A stretch of DNA of 63,493 bases, filler included, from 3 parts of 3 records of this genome joined end to end with filler, not necessarily neighbours in it; one strand, 5' to 3'; positions 36,301 to 45,687 are shown, counted from the whole stretch's first letter. The notes: generated by a model from the sequence alone, not told the origin. Numbers and translations: made by a program.

Positions 36301-38438
36301 TTCCTGGAACACAGGACATCCTGCATGGTTCAGTAGAACTTTGTCTTGCGGCCATGCCACAGGATCCATGTACCACCGAATTCACCGATTGTCTCACATT
36401 AACCATTCAACCCAATGCTATTGCTGATGCCGGCGCCGATATAAGCGTTTGTGCAACGGATGGTTTTGTTGAACTGAATGGCGTGGTCGAAAATGGGAAT
36501 CCGGTTTGGGAAGCCTCAGTATTTACCGGCGGTTTCTTTGAGGATGCAAATATGGCCACAACCAAATATTTCTTCTCAGCACAGGATATCCAGCTTGGAA
36601 CCATTGAGCTGTGCCTTACATCCATTGCAAATCCACCCTGTTTTATCCCGGATACCGATTGTTTGAATGTCACCATCATTCAAAGCCCTAACGCCGATGC
36701 CGGTATAGATAAATCAGTGTGTGAAGGAGATGATGCAATACTTGATGATGCCACCGCTGAAAATACCGCGGGTGTGCTTTGGTCAACTGATGGAGATGGT
36801 ACGTTTGCCGATCCAATGCAACTGAACACAAGTTATACGCCTGGCGCAGCTGATATTCTGGCCGGAGAAGCACAATTGTGCCTCACTGCTTATCCACTTT
36901 CAGGATGTACAGATTTAAGTATCAACTGCCTCAACCTGGTAATCTTCAATGCTCCGACTGCTGATCTGGGTCCGGATCGTGAACTGGTATGTGATGATTA
37001 CGATGTTGACAACGGACAATGGTTGCCTGTGAATTTTGACAATACCATTACAGGCGACTACCAGTCTGTTTCCTGGTCAACAGATGGTGATGGAACCTTT
37101 GATGATCCTTCTGCTGTAAGCCCCAACTTTTATCCTGGACTCAGCGATATCTGGGATGGCGATGTAGAAATCTGCATCAATATCCAGGCTGCCGGAGATT
37201 GTGAGTTTAATGTTACTCAATGCGTTACCATTTACATTCCGCAGCAGCTCATCTATTTCCACAAAAACGGATGGTGGGGCATTTCTTCCTACCTCGAAAC
37301 CGATCTGCCAACGGTACCAGAAGTTATGGAACCACTTGTTTTGATCCCGGGTTCACAACACCTGATCAACATGGTGGATAAGCAGGGTAAATATTACTGG
37401 CCGGAGGCAATACCACCACAGAGTACACTGGGCGACTGGATGCCGATTGGATATAAGCTTAAGATGAAGAACACCCCGGCATGTTTGCCAATTTACGGCG
37501 ACTCATTGGTCGATCAAACCTTTGAAGTGACCGGGTCGTTTACCTACCTCCCAACACTTACAAATGTGCCTGTTGAGGTGGAAACATTGTTTGAAGGCCA
37601 TATCGATGATGTGTTGCTGATCTTCCACTGGGCTGCCAACGAATTGTGGACACCGGCAGCTTCCGACTTCGATTCGATTTATCCGGGCTATGCCTACCTG
37701 CTGGTAAACAGGATTGGGGCAGGAAACTATACGGTTGAATACCCGCATTTTGTGCCGGATGCACCACACCTCTACCCTGTGCAGGTGCCAACCAAGGATG
37801 CATGGATCAATAATTCACCATGGGAGGATGTGCAAAACACAGCATTGCCACATATTTTTATGTTCAATGAAAATGCGCTGAACAGACTGCAACCGGGAGA
37901 TATCCTGGGAGCGTTCAACAAATCGGGCGACTGCTTCGGCATGGCTGAGTACGGAAATACAAAAGCTATATTCAAGCTTGTGGCCATGGGAGCCGACAAC
38001 ATCACGAAGGATAGCAAGGGATTTGATAACGGTAATGAAATTCAGTTCAGAATTTTCAACAAAAATACCGGAATCGAATCTGAGGTCGAATTCATTTTCG
38101 ACGAAAGCTATCCATCATTCAATGGGGCATTCAGTTCCAACAGCGTTTCAATGGTGAAGGATATCCTGAAATCTGCCACTTCAATTGGCGAGGTTACTGG
38201 TCAGCATTATGAGATCAACCTCTATCCGAATCCGGCTACTGATATGCTGAACATTGTTTCCAACGAAAGTATCCGTGAGATTACCATCACCAACAGTGTT
38301 GGGCAGGTGGTTTACCAGGAGCAAACTGGAAATATTTCTACTACGGTGAATGTTTCAGGTTTGAACAAAGGATTGTACTTTGTAACCGTACAACATGAAA
38401 GTAACAGGGTTACCATAAAACGGGTAACCATCCAATAA
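33330..38438 (+). CDS. Large repetitive T9SS-secreted surface protein (5' end beyond contig)
   Basis: The frame is open from the first base. It has 99-aa Ig-like repeats, four Cys-containing AG.D..VC repeats, and a C-terminal T9SS signal (LYPNPA...GLYFV...KRVTIQ). Confidence 0.92.
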   Translation, partial: LDPLTGEVIVAPGTPAGTYELVYEICEIVNPANCDQATVTVIVSAPEIIANDDNGDVINSFTGGVSVADVLENDLLNGDPVEIAEVTLTDISSTHPDVTLDPLTGEVNVASGTPAGDYELVYEICEILNPTNCDQATAFVPVEAPAIIANDDNGTAVNGYEGGVSVVDVLVNDLLNGEPVDPTDITLTEISSENPGVSLNPLTGEVVVAPGTPEGVYELVYEICEIVNPTNCDQATVTVPVEAPDIDAIDDIGTPLNGFAGGVAVPDVLVNDELNGELVDPAEITLTEISSTHPGVTLDPVSGAVNVAAGTPAGNYELVYEICEILNPANCDQATVFVEVLFSTIVANDDLGNPVNGYVGGSSLPNVLVNDELNGLPVDIADVTITQNSTTISSVALNELTGEVTVGPGTPADTYEIVYEICEILNPDNCDIATVTVPVVAAEIIANDDTGDPVNGFVGGTSFFDVLTNDLLNGVQVDPTEITLTEISSTNPGVTLDPVTGNVNVAAGTPAGNYELVYKICEILNPENCDQATVTVPVTAPEIIANDDNGGPVNGYEGGVGVPNVLVNDLLNGDPVDPADVTLTEISSENPGITLDPITGEVNVAPGTSAGTFELVYEICEVTNPTNCDQAVVTVEVVAPEIIANDDFGGPVNGYEGGVGVADVLVNDLLNGLAIDPTEVTLSQISTEDPGITLDPLSGEVTVAAGTAAGIYELVYEICEVINPTNCDQAVVTIEVVAPEIIANDDTGTAVNGAVGGVSFDDVLVNDLLNGDPVDPADITLSEISSSNPGVSLDPVTGEVIVAPGTPAGNYELVYEICEILNPTNCDQATVTVPVFVEPVLEFCFNEEEAVNGNTQFFCSTEEIAFTLCDIFEGQAPFSICWEVEGVPDCDLIVNLGDTLFIDFFDPGTYNVHVTSIADNLGTSVTDLSSYDFSFEVVTGPEAFAGPDALVCENFNHPLSAAVASNYSELQWTGGDGSFVPSAQMLNPLYIPGTQDILHGSVELCLAAMPQDPCTTEFTDCLTLTIQPNAIADAGADISVCATDGFVELNGVVENGNPVWEASVFTGGFFEDANMATTKYFFSAQDIQLGTIELCLTSIANPPCFIPDTDCLNVTIIQSPNADAGIDKSVCEGDDAILDDATAENTAGVLWSTDGDGTFADPMQLNTSYTPGAADILAGEAQLCLTAYPLSGCTDLSINCLNLVIFNAPTADLGPDRELVCDDYDVDNGQWLPVNFDNTITGDYQSVSWSTDGDGTFDDPSAVSPNFYPGLSDIWDGDVEICINIQAAGDCEFNVTQCVTIYIPQQLIYFHKNGWWGISSYLETDLPTVPEVMEPLVLIPGSQHLINMVDKQGKYYWPEAIPPQSTLGDWMPIGYKLKMKNTPACLPIYGDSLVDQTFEVTGSFTYLPTLTNVPVEVETLFEGHIDDVLLIFHWAANELWTPAASDFDSIYPGYAYLLVNRIGAGNYTVEYPHFVPDAPHLYPVQVPTKDAWINNSPWEDVQNTALPHIFMFNENALNRLQPGDILGAFNKSGDCFGMAEYGNTKAIFKLVAMGADNITKDSKGFDNGNEIQFRIFNKNTGIESEVEFIFDESYPSFNGAFSSNSVSMVKDILKSATSIGEVTGQHYEINLYPNPATDMLNIVSNESIREITITNSVGQVVYQEQTGNISTTVNVSGLNKGLYFVTVQHESNRVTIKRVTIQ
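33462..35837 (+). repeat. Eight complete 297-bp coding tandem repeats (plus a partial unit from 33330)
   Basis: Unit starts at 33462, 33759, ... 35541, an exact 297-nt period. Consensus APEIIANDD..VNG..GG...VLVNDLLNG..VDP...TL.EISS.NPG.TLDP.TGEV.VA.GTPAG.YELVYEICEI.NPTNCDQATVTV.V. Confidence 0.95.
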
Positions 38439-38443
38439 AAATG

Positions 38444-38473
38444 AAAAGGGCTGCCTGATGGTGGCCCTTTTTT
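38444..38473 (+). terminator. Intrinsic terminator
   Basis: AAAAGGGCTGCC-TGAT-GGTGGCCCTTTTTT directly after the stop codon. Confidence 0.85.
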
Positions 38474-38575
38474 ATTTAAGAATTCCGATGTCCGATATTT
38501 GATGTGGGATATTTCCATTCCCATCCGAAATCACGCTGGTTTCCGGGATGTACAATCAATATATCATAGTTCAAA

Positions 38576-38618
38576 CCTGCCTCGCCGGCCCGCTTCGCAG
38601 CGAGGCGAGCAAGGCGGG
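38576..38618. repeat. Nested GC-rich palindromes (REP-like)
   Basis: The outer palindrome CCTGCCTCGCC..GCAAGGCGGG encloses the inner palindrome GCCCGCTTCGC-A-GCGAGGCGAGC. Confidence 0.55.
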
Positions 38619-38692
38619 CATCGGACATCAAATATTTCTTTGGAGTCTGATTGATAAATAGAACTAATTTTGCTGCCTGAAAGATAATAAAG

Positions 38693-39937
38693 ATGACAGC
38701 AAACGATATTGAGATAATGGCCCCTGTGGGGTCCTATGAATCACTGATGGGAGCCATACAGGGCGGGGGCAATTCAGTTTATTTCGGGATTGGGAAGCTC
38801 AACATGCGGTCACGCTCCTCTAAAAATTTTACCATCGAAGACCTGGCAAAGATTTCCGGCATTTGCCGGGAAAACAATATCCGCTCCTACATTACCCTCA
38901 ACACCATCATCTATGACAAAGAACTGGATGAGATGAAAATCATTGTGGATGCGGCCAAAGCCAATCAAATCTCCGCCATTATCGCCTCCGACTTTTCGGT
39001 GATCCAGTATGCCAGGTCGCAGGGCGTGGAGGTACACATGTCAACCCAAACCAACATCACCAACATTGAAACGGTGAAATTCTGGGCCAACTTTGCAGAT
39101 GTGATGGTTACTGCCCGTGAGCTTTCGCTGGAGCAGGTAAAACAAATCACCCGGCAAATTGAGGAGGAGCAGATCAAAGGTCCTTCCGGGAATTTGGTTC
39201 AGATCGAGATTTTTGCCCACGGGGCGCTTTGCATGGCGGTTTCCGGCAAATGCTACCTAAGCCTCGATAACCTGAATTACTCAGCCAATCGTGGGGCGTG
39301 CCTGCAAACATGCCGGAGAAGCTATATTGTAAAAGATAAAGAAAGCGATCTGGAGTTGGAGGTTGACAACGAATACATCATGTCGCCCAAGGATTTAAAA
39401 ACCCTGGATTTCATCGATAAAATTCTGGATGCCGGTGTTCGGGTTTTAAAAATCGAAGGCCGGGGTCGCCAGGGCGATTATGTAAAAACCGTTTCATCGG
39501 TTTACCGCGAAGCTGTAGATGCATATTTTGATGGAAGTTTCACCCGGGAAAACATCGACCGGTGGAATGAAAAGCTGGCATCAGTTTACAACCGGGGATT
39601 TTGGGATGGATATTACCGGGGAAAAAAGTTAGGAGAGTGGACAGAGGAATACGGATCTATGGCTACAAAACGAAAAGAATACGTGGGTAAAGTGACCAAC
39701 TACTTTTCGAAGATCGGGGTTACTGAAATTAAAATGGAAACCAAGCAACTTTCCGTAGGGGATGAAATCCAGATCAACGGGCCCACTACCGGGGTGTATG
39801 AGGATGTAATTAAGGAAATCCGGGTGGATGAAAAATCGGTTGAAAAAACCGTGAAAGGTGAATTTTGCTCTATCCCCACATCAGAATTGGTGCGCCGCCA
39901 GGATAAGGTATTCCGGGTTTTTGATGCGGAGGAATAA
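38693..39937 (+). CDS. Peptidase U32 family protein (Fe-S RNA hydroxylation type)
   Basis: Motifs EIMAPVG, HMSTQ, ARELS, HGALCMAVSGKC, NRGACLQTCR and LKIEGR. A Bacteroidetes -7 element TAATTTTG lies at 38665-38672. Confidence 0.92.
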   Translation: MTANDIEIMAPVGSYESLMGAIQGGGNSVYFGIGKLNMRSRSSKNFTIEDLAKISGICRENNIRSYITLNTIIYDKELDEMKIIVDAAKANQISAIIASDFSVIQYARSQGVEVHMSTQTNITNIETVKFWANFADVMVTARELSLEQVKQITRQIEEEQIKGPSGNLVQIEIFAHGALCMAVSGKCYLSLDNLNYSANRGACLQTCRRSYIVKDKESDLELEVDNEYIMSPKDLKTLDFIDKILDAGVRVLKIEGRGRQGDYVKTVSSVYREAVDAYFDGSFTRENIDRWNEKLASVYNRGFWDGYYRGKKLGEWTEEYGSMATKRKEYVGKVTNYFSKIGVTEIKMETKQLSVGDEIQINGPTTGVYEDVIKEIRVDEKSVEKTVKGEFCSIPTSELVRRQDKVFRVFDAEE

Positions 39938-40063
39938 AGATTATGGAATAATGGAATGATGGAGTTCATTTTTCCAGTAAAACAACCTTTCAACACTTCA
40001 ATCCTAAAGCCTCTCAAACACGCTCTTACGGCGCATCTCGCCATGCGCTATACGCTTCGCCTC

Positions 40064-40852
40064 CTATACCTCAAACGCATCCCAGTCCATTGCAAACGGA
40101 AGCTTCTTCCTCGTTTCTTCCAGTTCGGCTTTAGAAATATTCGTCGTAATGATTTCTTCCTTATGAGGTTCTGCTTTGGCAATGATATGCCCAAGTGCAT
40201 CCACCAGCATGGAATCGCCGGAATGATCGATATCTCCGGCAGCTTTGCCAACGCGGTTCACCCCAACCACATAAGCCAGGTTTTCGATGGCACGGGAAAT
40301 CAGCAGTTGTTTCCAGGCGTAAATCCGGGGAATGGGCCAGTTGGCAACATAAATGGCCAGGTCGTATTCAAAATTTCCATCGATCAGCCGGTTTTTGCTC
40401 CAGACCGGAAATCTCAGGTCATAGCAAACCAGCGGCAAAATTTTCCACTCCTTGAAATCAACAATTGTTTTTTCATGGCCTGGTGTAAATACCTGCCATT
40501 CTTTGCCCAGCCTGAAAAGGTGTTTTTTATCGTATTGGTGATGGGCCCCGTCCGGGTTAACCCAGTAAAAGCGGTTGTAATATTTTCCGTTTTCATCCGT
40601 AAGCACGCTACCTGCCATTGCAACATCTTTTTCTTTGGCTTTTTGTTGCATCCATGTAAAAGTTCTCCCACCCGGTTTTTCGGCAATGCCATCAGGATTG
40701 ATTGAAAAGCCGGTGTTGAACATCTCCGGCAGAATGATCACATCTGTTTTTTTTGTGATCCCGTCAATTTTCCGGGTGAAGTTCTCAATATTTTTTTCGG
40801 TGTTTTCCCAGGCCAGGTTAGCCTGAATGAATGTCAGTGTTAAATCTTGCAT
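40064..40852 (-). CDS. Nitrilase-family omega-amidase (YafV-like)
   Basis: E-K-C triad in LPEMF, YDKKHLF and VCYDLRFP. Coupled to the upstream aminotransferase. Confidence 0.9.
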   Translation of the reverse strand: MQDLTLTFIQANLAWENTEKNIENFTRKIDGITKKTDVIILPEMFNTGFSINPDGIAEKPGGRTFTWMQQKAKEKDVAMAGSVLTDENGKYYNRFYWVNPDGAHHQYDKKHLFRLGKEWQVFTPGHEKTIVDFKEWKILPLVCYDLRFPVWSKNRLIDGNFEYDLAIYVANWPIPRIYAWKQLLISRAIENLAYVVGVNRVGKAAGDIDHSGDSMLVDALGHIIAKAEPHKEEIITTNISKAELEETRKKLPFAMDWDAFEV

Positions 40853-41994
40853 AGAATTTCAGCAGCTTTTTCTAAGGTTTCATCTTTCTTGGCAAAACAA
40901 AAACGAAGGATGTTGTTGTCGTTGCCGTTTTTATAAAACGGAGATAATGGGATAGAGGCAATTTTATGATCTGCGATTAGCTTTTTGGCAAACTCCATTT
41001 CTGGTTTATCTGATATTTCACTGTAATCCAGGCACTGGAAATAGGTGCCATTTGAAGGAACAATCTTAAATCTTGATTCTTCGATAAGCTTCAGAAAACT
41101 GTCACGCTTGTCCTGGTAAAAAACCGGAAGGTTGAGGTAGGTTTCAGGATCGGCTAAGTAATCGGCCATAGCCATCTGGATGGGTGTATTCACGGCAAAA
41201 ACCACCCACTGATGCACTTTTCTGAATTCGGCCATCAGGTTTTCAGGTGCCAGAGCATAACCGATCTTCCAGCCCGTGGCATGAAAGGTCTTCCCAAATG
41301 ATCCTACCGCAATGCTTTTGGAGGCCAGTTCAGGAAACCGGCAAACACTCTCGTGTTGTATATTATCATAGATCAGGTGTTCGTATACTTCGTCGCTAAG
41401 CACCACGATATCACGGTTTCGGGTCAGGCGCTCCAACTGTTCCAGGTCATCTTTATGCAGCACAGCTCCGGTTGGGTTATGCGGTGTGTTGATGATGATC
41501 ATCCGTGTGTTGGTGCTCAGCATGCGTGTGGTCTGTTCCCAGTTGATCCGGAATCCGGGCTGTTCCATTTGTGCATATTTCACCGTGCCGCCATTAACCT
41601 TCACAGCTGGGGCGTAAGCATCATAGGCTGGCTCAAAAATGATCACTTCATCGTTGTCGCGGACAAAAGCGGCAATGGCTGTATATATTGCCTGGGTGGC
41701 TCCTGCGGTGATATTGATTTCTTTGACAGGGTCATATTTTGCACCATGCATTTTTTCTACCTTTTTTGAAATGGCGTTGGTGAGTCCGGGTACGCCGGTC
41801 ATCGGAGCATACTGATTGTGGCCTGCTTTCATGTAATGGTTTATCCTTTCGATGAGCTCCTCAGAAACATCAAAATCAGGAAAGCCCTGCGAAAGGTTGA
41901 TGGCTTGGTGTTTGGCAGCAAGCCCTGACATGACAGCAAAAATAGAGGTGGTAGTGTTGGGAAGCTTACTGGTGATGGTGCCCTTGAATTTCAT
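40840..41994 (-). CDS. Methionine aminotransferase (YbdL-like, PLP class I)
   Basis: Motifs INLSQGFPDF, NTPHNPTG, SDEVYEH and SFGKTFHATGWKIGY. Confidence 0.92.
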   Translation of the reverse strand: MKFKGTITSKLPNTTTSIFAVMSGLAAKHQAINLSQGFPDFDVSEELIERINHYMKAGHNQYAPMTGVPGLTNAISKKVEKMHGAKYDPVKEINITAGATQAIYTAIAAFVRDNDEVIIFEPAYDAYAPAVKVNGGTVKYAQMEQPGFRINWEQTTRMLSTNTRMIIINTPHNPTGAVLHKDDLEQLERLTRNRDIVVLSDEVYEHLIYDNIQHESVCRFPELASKSIAVGSFGKTFHATGWKIGYALAPENLMAEFRKVHQWVVFAVNTPIQMAMADYLADPETYLNLPVFYQDKRDSFLKLIEESRFKIVPSNGTYFQCLDYSEISDKPEMEFAKKLIADHKIASIPLSPFYKNGNDNNILRFCFAKKDETLEKAAEILCKI

Positions 41995-42047
41995 GTAGTG
42001 TGTATTTTCAGCAAAAATAGAATTTGTTGCGCATCAGGTGAGGATTT

Positions 42048-42827
42048 TCAGGATTTTTCGGCTGCCTCCCTTGCATAGAGGTCGCACATGGTATTTTCAA
42101 AATGCCCTGAATGCCCTTTTACCCATGCCACTTCGATGTATTTGTTTTGGGTGAGCCTGTCAATTTTTTTCCATATCTCAATGTTCTTGGCTGAATTGCC
42201 ATTTGATGTTTTCCAGTTGTTAAGCCTCCAGTTAAACATCCATTCGGTGAGGCCCTTTCGCACATACCTGCTGTCGGAGATGATCCTGATCTCTTTCACT
42301 TCCCTGAGAATTTCCAATCCGGCAGCCACAGCTTCCAACTCTGCCTCGCAATTTCCAAGTGCGTTGCTCGCAATGGAATGCAACCGGTAACTTTTATCGG
42401 GATATTGAATGATTGCTGCAATTCCACTGCTGCCGGTTTTCTCCAGGAAACTGGCATCCGTAAAAAGCTGGTGAATTTCAGTTTTACCTGATGATTCAAC
42501 AGAAATCTCATCCTCCATTCCTTTACGATCAAGCATGATGGTTGTGTCCATGTCGTTGAAAAGGGTAACATTTTTGTTTTCAGTGAGTACAAACCTCAAC
42601 CCGAAACCCACATAAAAGCTCTGCCTGTTTTTAGTTCTAAGGATTTTGAGTAGTTGAGATTGATTTCTTGAAAGCATTAAATTGACCTCCCCTTCATCCG
42701 GAATATCCAGCCTTTGATTTTTTGGGTTATAAGCGAAGCTGCCGGATTTTGTATCGCATAGCACACGGTGTAGATAAGTATCTCCTGCTGTGCCGGTAAT
42801 CTCCATATCGAGGGTAAACAGCTTCAT
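42048..42827 (-). CDS. Ribonuclease HI with an extra N-terminal domain of about 115 aa
   Basis: Motifs FTDAS, AELEA, SDSRYV..G..W, WVKGHSG and ENTMCD (D-E-D-D). Start taken at ATG 42827, just after TAAATTTG. Confidence 0.85.
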   Translation of the reverse strand: MKLFTLDMEITGTAGDTYLHRVLCDTKSGSFAYNPKNQRLDIPDEGEVNLMLSRNQSQLLKILRTKNRQSFYVGFGLRFVLTENKNVTLFNDMDTTIMLDRKGMEDEISVESSGKTEIHQLFTDASFLEKTGSSGIAAIIQYPDKSYRLHSIASNALGNCEAELEAVAAGLEILREVKEIRIISDSRYVRKGLTEWMFNWRLNNWKTSNGNSAKNIEIWKKIDRLTQNKYIEVAWVKGHSGHFENTMCDLYAREAAEKS

Positions 42828-42895
42828 TCTGCCAAATTTAAACAATTTCACAACCTTATGGATCATGTTTCGTTTATTTGATCAAAACCACAAAA

Positions 42896-44698
42896 ATGGC
42901 ACACCATCACGAAGAAAGCTTTAACGAAAGGGAAACTCCAAAAAAGAAGGTTACAAAGGACGGGCTAAAACGGCTGATGCGTTTGTTCAGATTCATCAAA
43001 CCACAACAATGGACTTTTATTTTGGGCTTGTTTTTCCTTGTGTTGTCGAGTCTCACAACATTAATTTTTCCTGCGCTGCTGGGCGACCTGCTGGATTCGG
43101 CTACTACTAAAAGCCTGGATCAGATCAACAGGATAGGTTGGATTCTGGTGGGTATTTTTATCGTGAATGCCGTTTTATCGTATTTCAGAATTTACCTTTT
43201 TGCCGTGGTTACCCAAAAAACACTGGCTTTACTCAGGCAAACAACCTATAACCATCTCATTAAACTGCCCATGGCTTTTTTCTCAGGCCACAGGGTGGGT
43301 GAGTTGAACAGTCGCATTTCTGCTGATATTGCTTTGTTACAGGAAACATTCACACAAACCATTGCCCAATTTATCCGGCAGATGATCACCATCATTGGGG
43401 GGATTGTCATCCTTGCCTGGATTTCTCCCAGGCTCACCATTTTTATGCTGGCTATTGTCCCGGTTGTGGCGATTGTTGCACGGCTCTTCGGTACTTACAT
43501 CCGTAAAATGTCGAAAGACGCCCAGACTAAAGTTGCCGAATCCAACTCGATTGTAGAGGAAACCCTGCAGGCCATCACCAATGTAAAGGCTTTTGCCAAT
43601 GAGGCTTTTGAAACGTTGCGCTATAAAAAGAAAACTGATGAAGTGGTCGAAATTTCCCTGAAAGGTGCCAAATGGCGGGGATTGTTTGTGTCGTTTATTT
43701 TCCTTGCTATGTTTGGTTCCATAGTGGGTGTGATCTGGTACGGGGTGTATCTTGTGAACCAGGGATCGGGGATAACCCTCGGCGATTTGTTCAAGTTTGT
43801 TTTGTACACGGTTTTTATCGCAGGGTCAATAAGCGGACTGGCGGATTTTTATTCACAAATCCAAAAAGCTATCGGTGCTACCGAAAACCTGATGGATATC
43901 CTGGAGGAAATTCCTGAACCCATTGGCCTGAAAGAAAAGGCATCAAAATCATGTTGTACCGGGAAAGTGGTATTCGACCATGTCAGGTTTGCGTATCCCG
44001 GAAGGAAAGACACACAGGTGCTTAATGATGTATCGTTCAGCGTGGATCACGGACAACAGATTGCATTGGTAGGGCCGTCAGGTGCAGGTAAGACAACAAT
44101 CGGCGCTTTGATATTCAGGTTTTATGAACCCACCTCGGGACAGATTCTCATCGATGATAACCCCGCTACTTCTTACGATCTCACGGAATTACGAAGCCAT
44201 ATGGCTATTGTCCCCCAGGAGGTGTTGTTGTTTGGTGGCACCATCCGCGAAAATATTGAATACGGCCGACCCGGAGCTGATGAAGAGGCCATCATCCGGG
44301 CGGCGAAGCAGGCCAACGCCTGGGAGTTTATCGAATCATTCCCTGAAGGCCTGGAGACCAGGGTTGGGGATAGAGGTATCCAATTATCGGGAGGTCAGCG
44401 GCAGCGCATCGCCATCGGACGGGCCATCCTTAAAGATCCCGATATCCTTATCCTCGATGAGGCCACCAGTTCTCTCGATGCTGAGTCGGAAAGGCTTGTG
44501 CAGGAGGCTCTGGAAACGCTCATGCACAACCGTACTTCCATCATCATAGCACACCGACTGTCAACCATCCGCAAAGCCGATAAAATCATTGTCATCGACA
44601 AGGGCCATGTGGCAGAATCCGGCAGCCACGATGAACTCATCGCCCTCACCGGCGGCATCTACAAGAGTTTGAATGCACTGCAGCTGGAGGTTGGGTGA
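42896..44698 (+). CDS. ABC exporter, fused TMD + NBD (ABCB/MsbA-like)
   Basis: Six-TM region, GPSGAGKT, LSGGQRQR, LDEATS and IAHRLST. Confidence 0.95.
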   Translation: MAHHHEESFNERETPKKKVTKDGLKRLMRLFRFIKPQQWTFILGLFFLVLSSLTTLIFPALLGDLLDSATTKSLDQINRIGWILVGIFIVNAVLSYFRIYLFAVVTQKTLALLRQTTYNHLIKLPMAFFSGHRVGELNSRISADIALLQETFTQTIAQFIRQMITIIGGIVILAWISPRLTIFMLAIVPVVAIVARLFGTYIRKMSKDAQTKVAESNSIVEETLQAITNVKAFANEAFETLRYKKKTDEVVEISLKGAKWRGLFVSFIFLAMFGSIVGVIWYGVYLVNQGSGITLGDLFKFVLYTVFIAGSISGLADFYSQIQKAIGATENLMDILEEIPEPIGLKEKASKSCCTGKVVFDHVRFAYPGRKDTQVLNDVSFSVDHGQQIALVGPSGAGKTTIGALIFRFYEPTSGQILIDDNPATSYDLTELRSHMAIVPQEVLLFGGTIRENIEYGRPGADEEAIIRAAKQANAWEFIESFPEGLETRVGDRGIQLSGGQRQRIAIGRAILKDPDILILDEATSSLDAESERLVQEALETLMHNRTSIIIAHRLSTIRKADKIIVIDKGHVAESGSHDELIALTGGIYKSLNALQLEVG

Positions 44699-44714
44699 AA
44701 GTCAGGATCAGCGC

Positions 44715-44927
44715 TTAATTGGTGTTACCGGAATTCGTGCATTTCTTTTGTTTATCCTGTTTGCGTTTTTGTGCCATCGCACTGATCAAAACAAATCCAC
44801 CAATGGCAATCAATACCGTGCCTAATGATCCTGCCGATTCTGATAATGTTGTTGACAGGTTTATGCCCAATGTAATGATGATAATCGCTGCGATTCCCTT
44901 TTTTTTGTGAGGTTCTGTTGTTTGCAT
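44715..44927 (-). CDS. Small two-TM membrane protein
   Basis: 70 aa starting at ATG 44927. Last gene of the XRE operon. Confidence 0.6.
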   Translation of the reverse strand: MQTTEPHKKKGIAAIIIITLGINLSTTLSESAGSLGTVLIAIGGFVLISAMAQKRKQDKQKKCTNSGNTN

Positions 44928-44937
44928 AACATTATTT

Positions 44938-45399
44938 TTAGTCAAGTTTCTTTTCAATCCGGCGATTGCCCAGATAGGCAAGCAATACCCAAAACCCCAT
45001 GATAAGACCAATAATGAAGATGACGATCTTAATTTTGTCGAACATCTGGTTAATTGTTAATGCCGGGCTTTGCAAAAGGTTGTACTTTGCATAGGTGAAT
45101 AAACTTCCAAGTATCACAAACCCGAGGAAGATCAACAGTATGTTTTTAATTTTAAGTTTCCTGATGGGTAGTGCTCCAAAATAGAGCAATGCACTGATTA
45201 GAAAAAGTGAGTTGATGGTCATGATGATGGCAAAATCTTCGAATTCGGCCATTTCCTGCCCAAGCACAATCTGACGGTAAAGCACGATTCCCTGCATGGC
45301 TATTATAGTCAGAAAATACATAATGGCAATTACCCTGTAGGCGATGAGCTTGTTTCTTTCATCCATGTTCATAAACGGTTTGCTTGATTTAGTTTTCAT
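44938..45399 (-). CDS. Four-TM membrane protein (DER motif, DUF6773-like)
   Basis: MDERN followed by four hydrophobic segments. Overlaps the XRE gene stop. Confidence 0.7.
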   Translation of the reverse strand: MKTKSSKPFMNMDERNKLIAYRVIAIMYFLTIIAMQGIVLYRQIVLGQEMAEFEDFAIIMTINSLFLISALLYFGALPIRKLKIKNILLIFLGFVILGSLFTYAKYNLLQSPALTINQMFDKIKIVIFIIGLIMGFWVLLAYLGNRRIEKKLD

Positions 45400-45586
45400 A
45401 CCAGAATAAGTCGTTTAAAGTTTTGTTAAGTGTTTTGGCGATGTTAATACATAAATTTAGTGACGGGTTATACTTGCCTTTTTCAATCAGCCCTATGGTT
45501 TGACGCGTAGCTCCCACGAGGTCGGCAAGTTCTTGTTGCGACAAACCTTTTTCTACCCTTGCTATCTTTAATTTTAAATTTTCCAC
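45389..45586 (-). CDS. XRE-family helix-turn-helix regulator
   Basis: LKIARVEKGLSQQELADLVGATRQTIGLIEKGKYNPSL..LNDLFW. The GTG start lies 4 nt after a TACATTTG -7 element. Confidence 0.92.
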   Translation of the reverse strand: MENLKLKIARVEKGLSQQELADLVGATRQTIGLIEKGKYNPSLNLCINIAKTLNKTLNDLFWYEN

Positions 45587-45641
45587 GGCACAAATGTAAG
45601 ATATATATTGCATTATGCAAAATAAATATTGCTTTTTTTTA

Positions 45642-45687
45642 AGTCAGGGGATGAGTCTACCGCTAGAGATAGACTCATCCCCTGACT
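45642..45687. repeat. Perfect 18-bp inverted repeat
   Basis: AGTCAGGGGATGAGTCTA, a 10-nt spacer, then TAGACTCATCCCCTGACT. Confidence 0.9.

Noticed and set aside
39956-40705. 249-aa plus-strand ORF
   Set aside because: Antisense shadow of the nitrilase-family gene.
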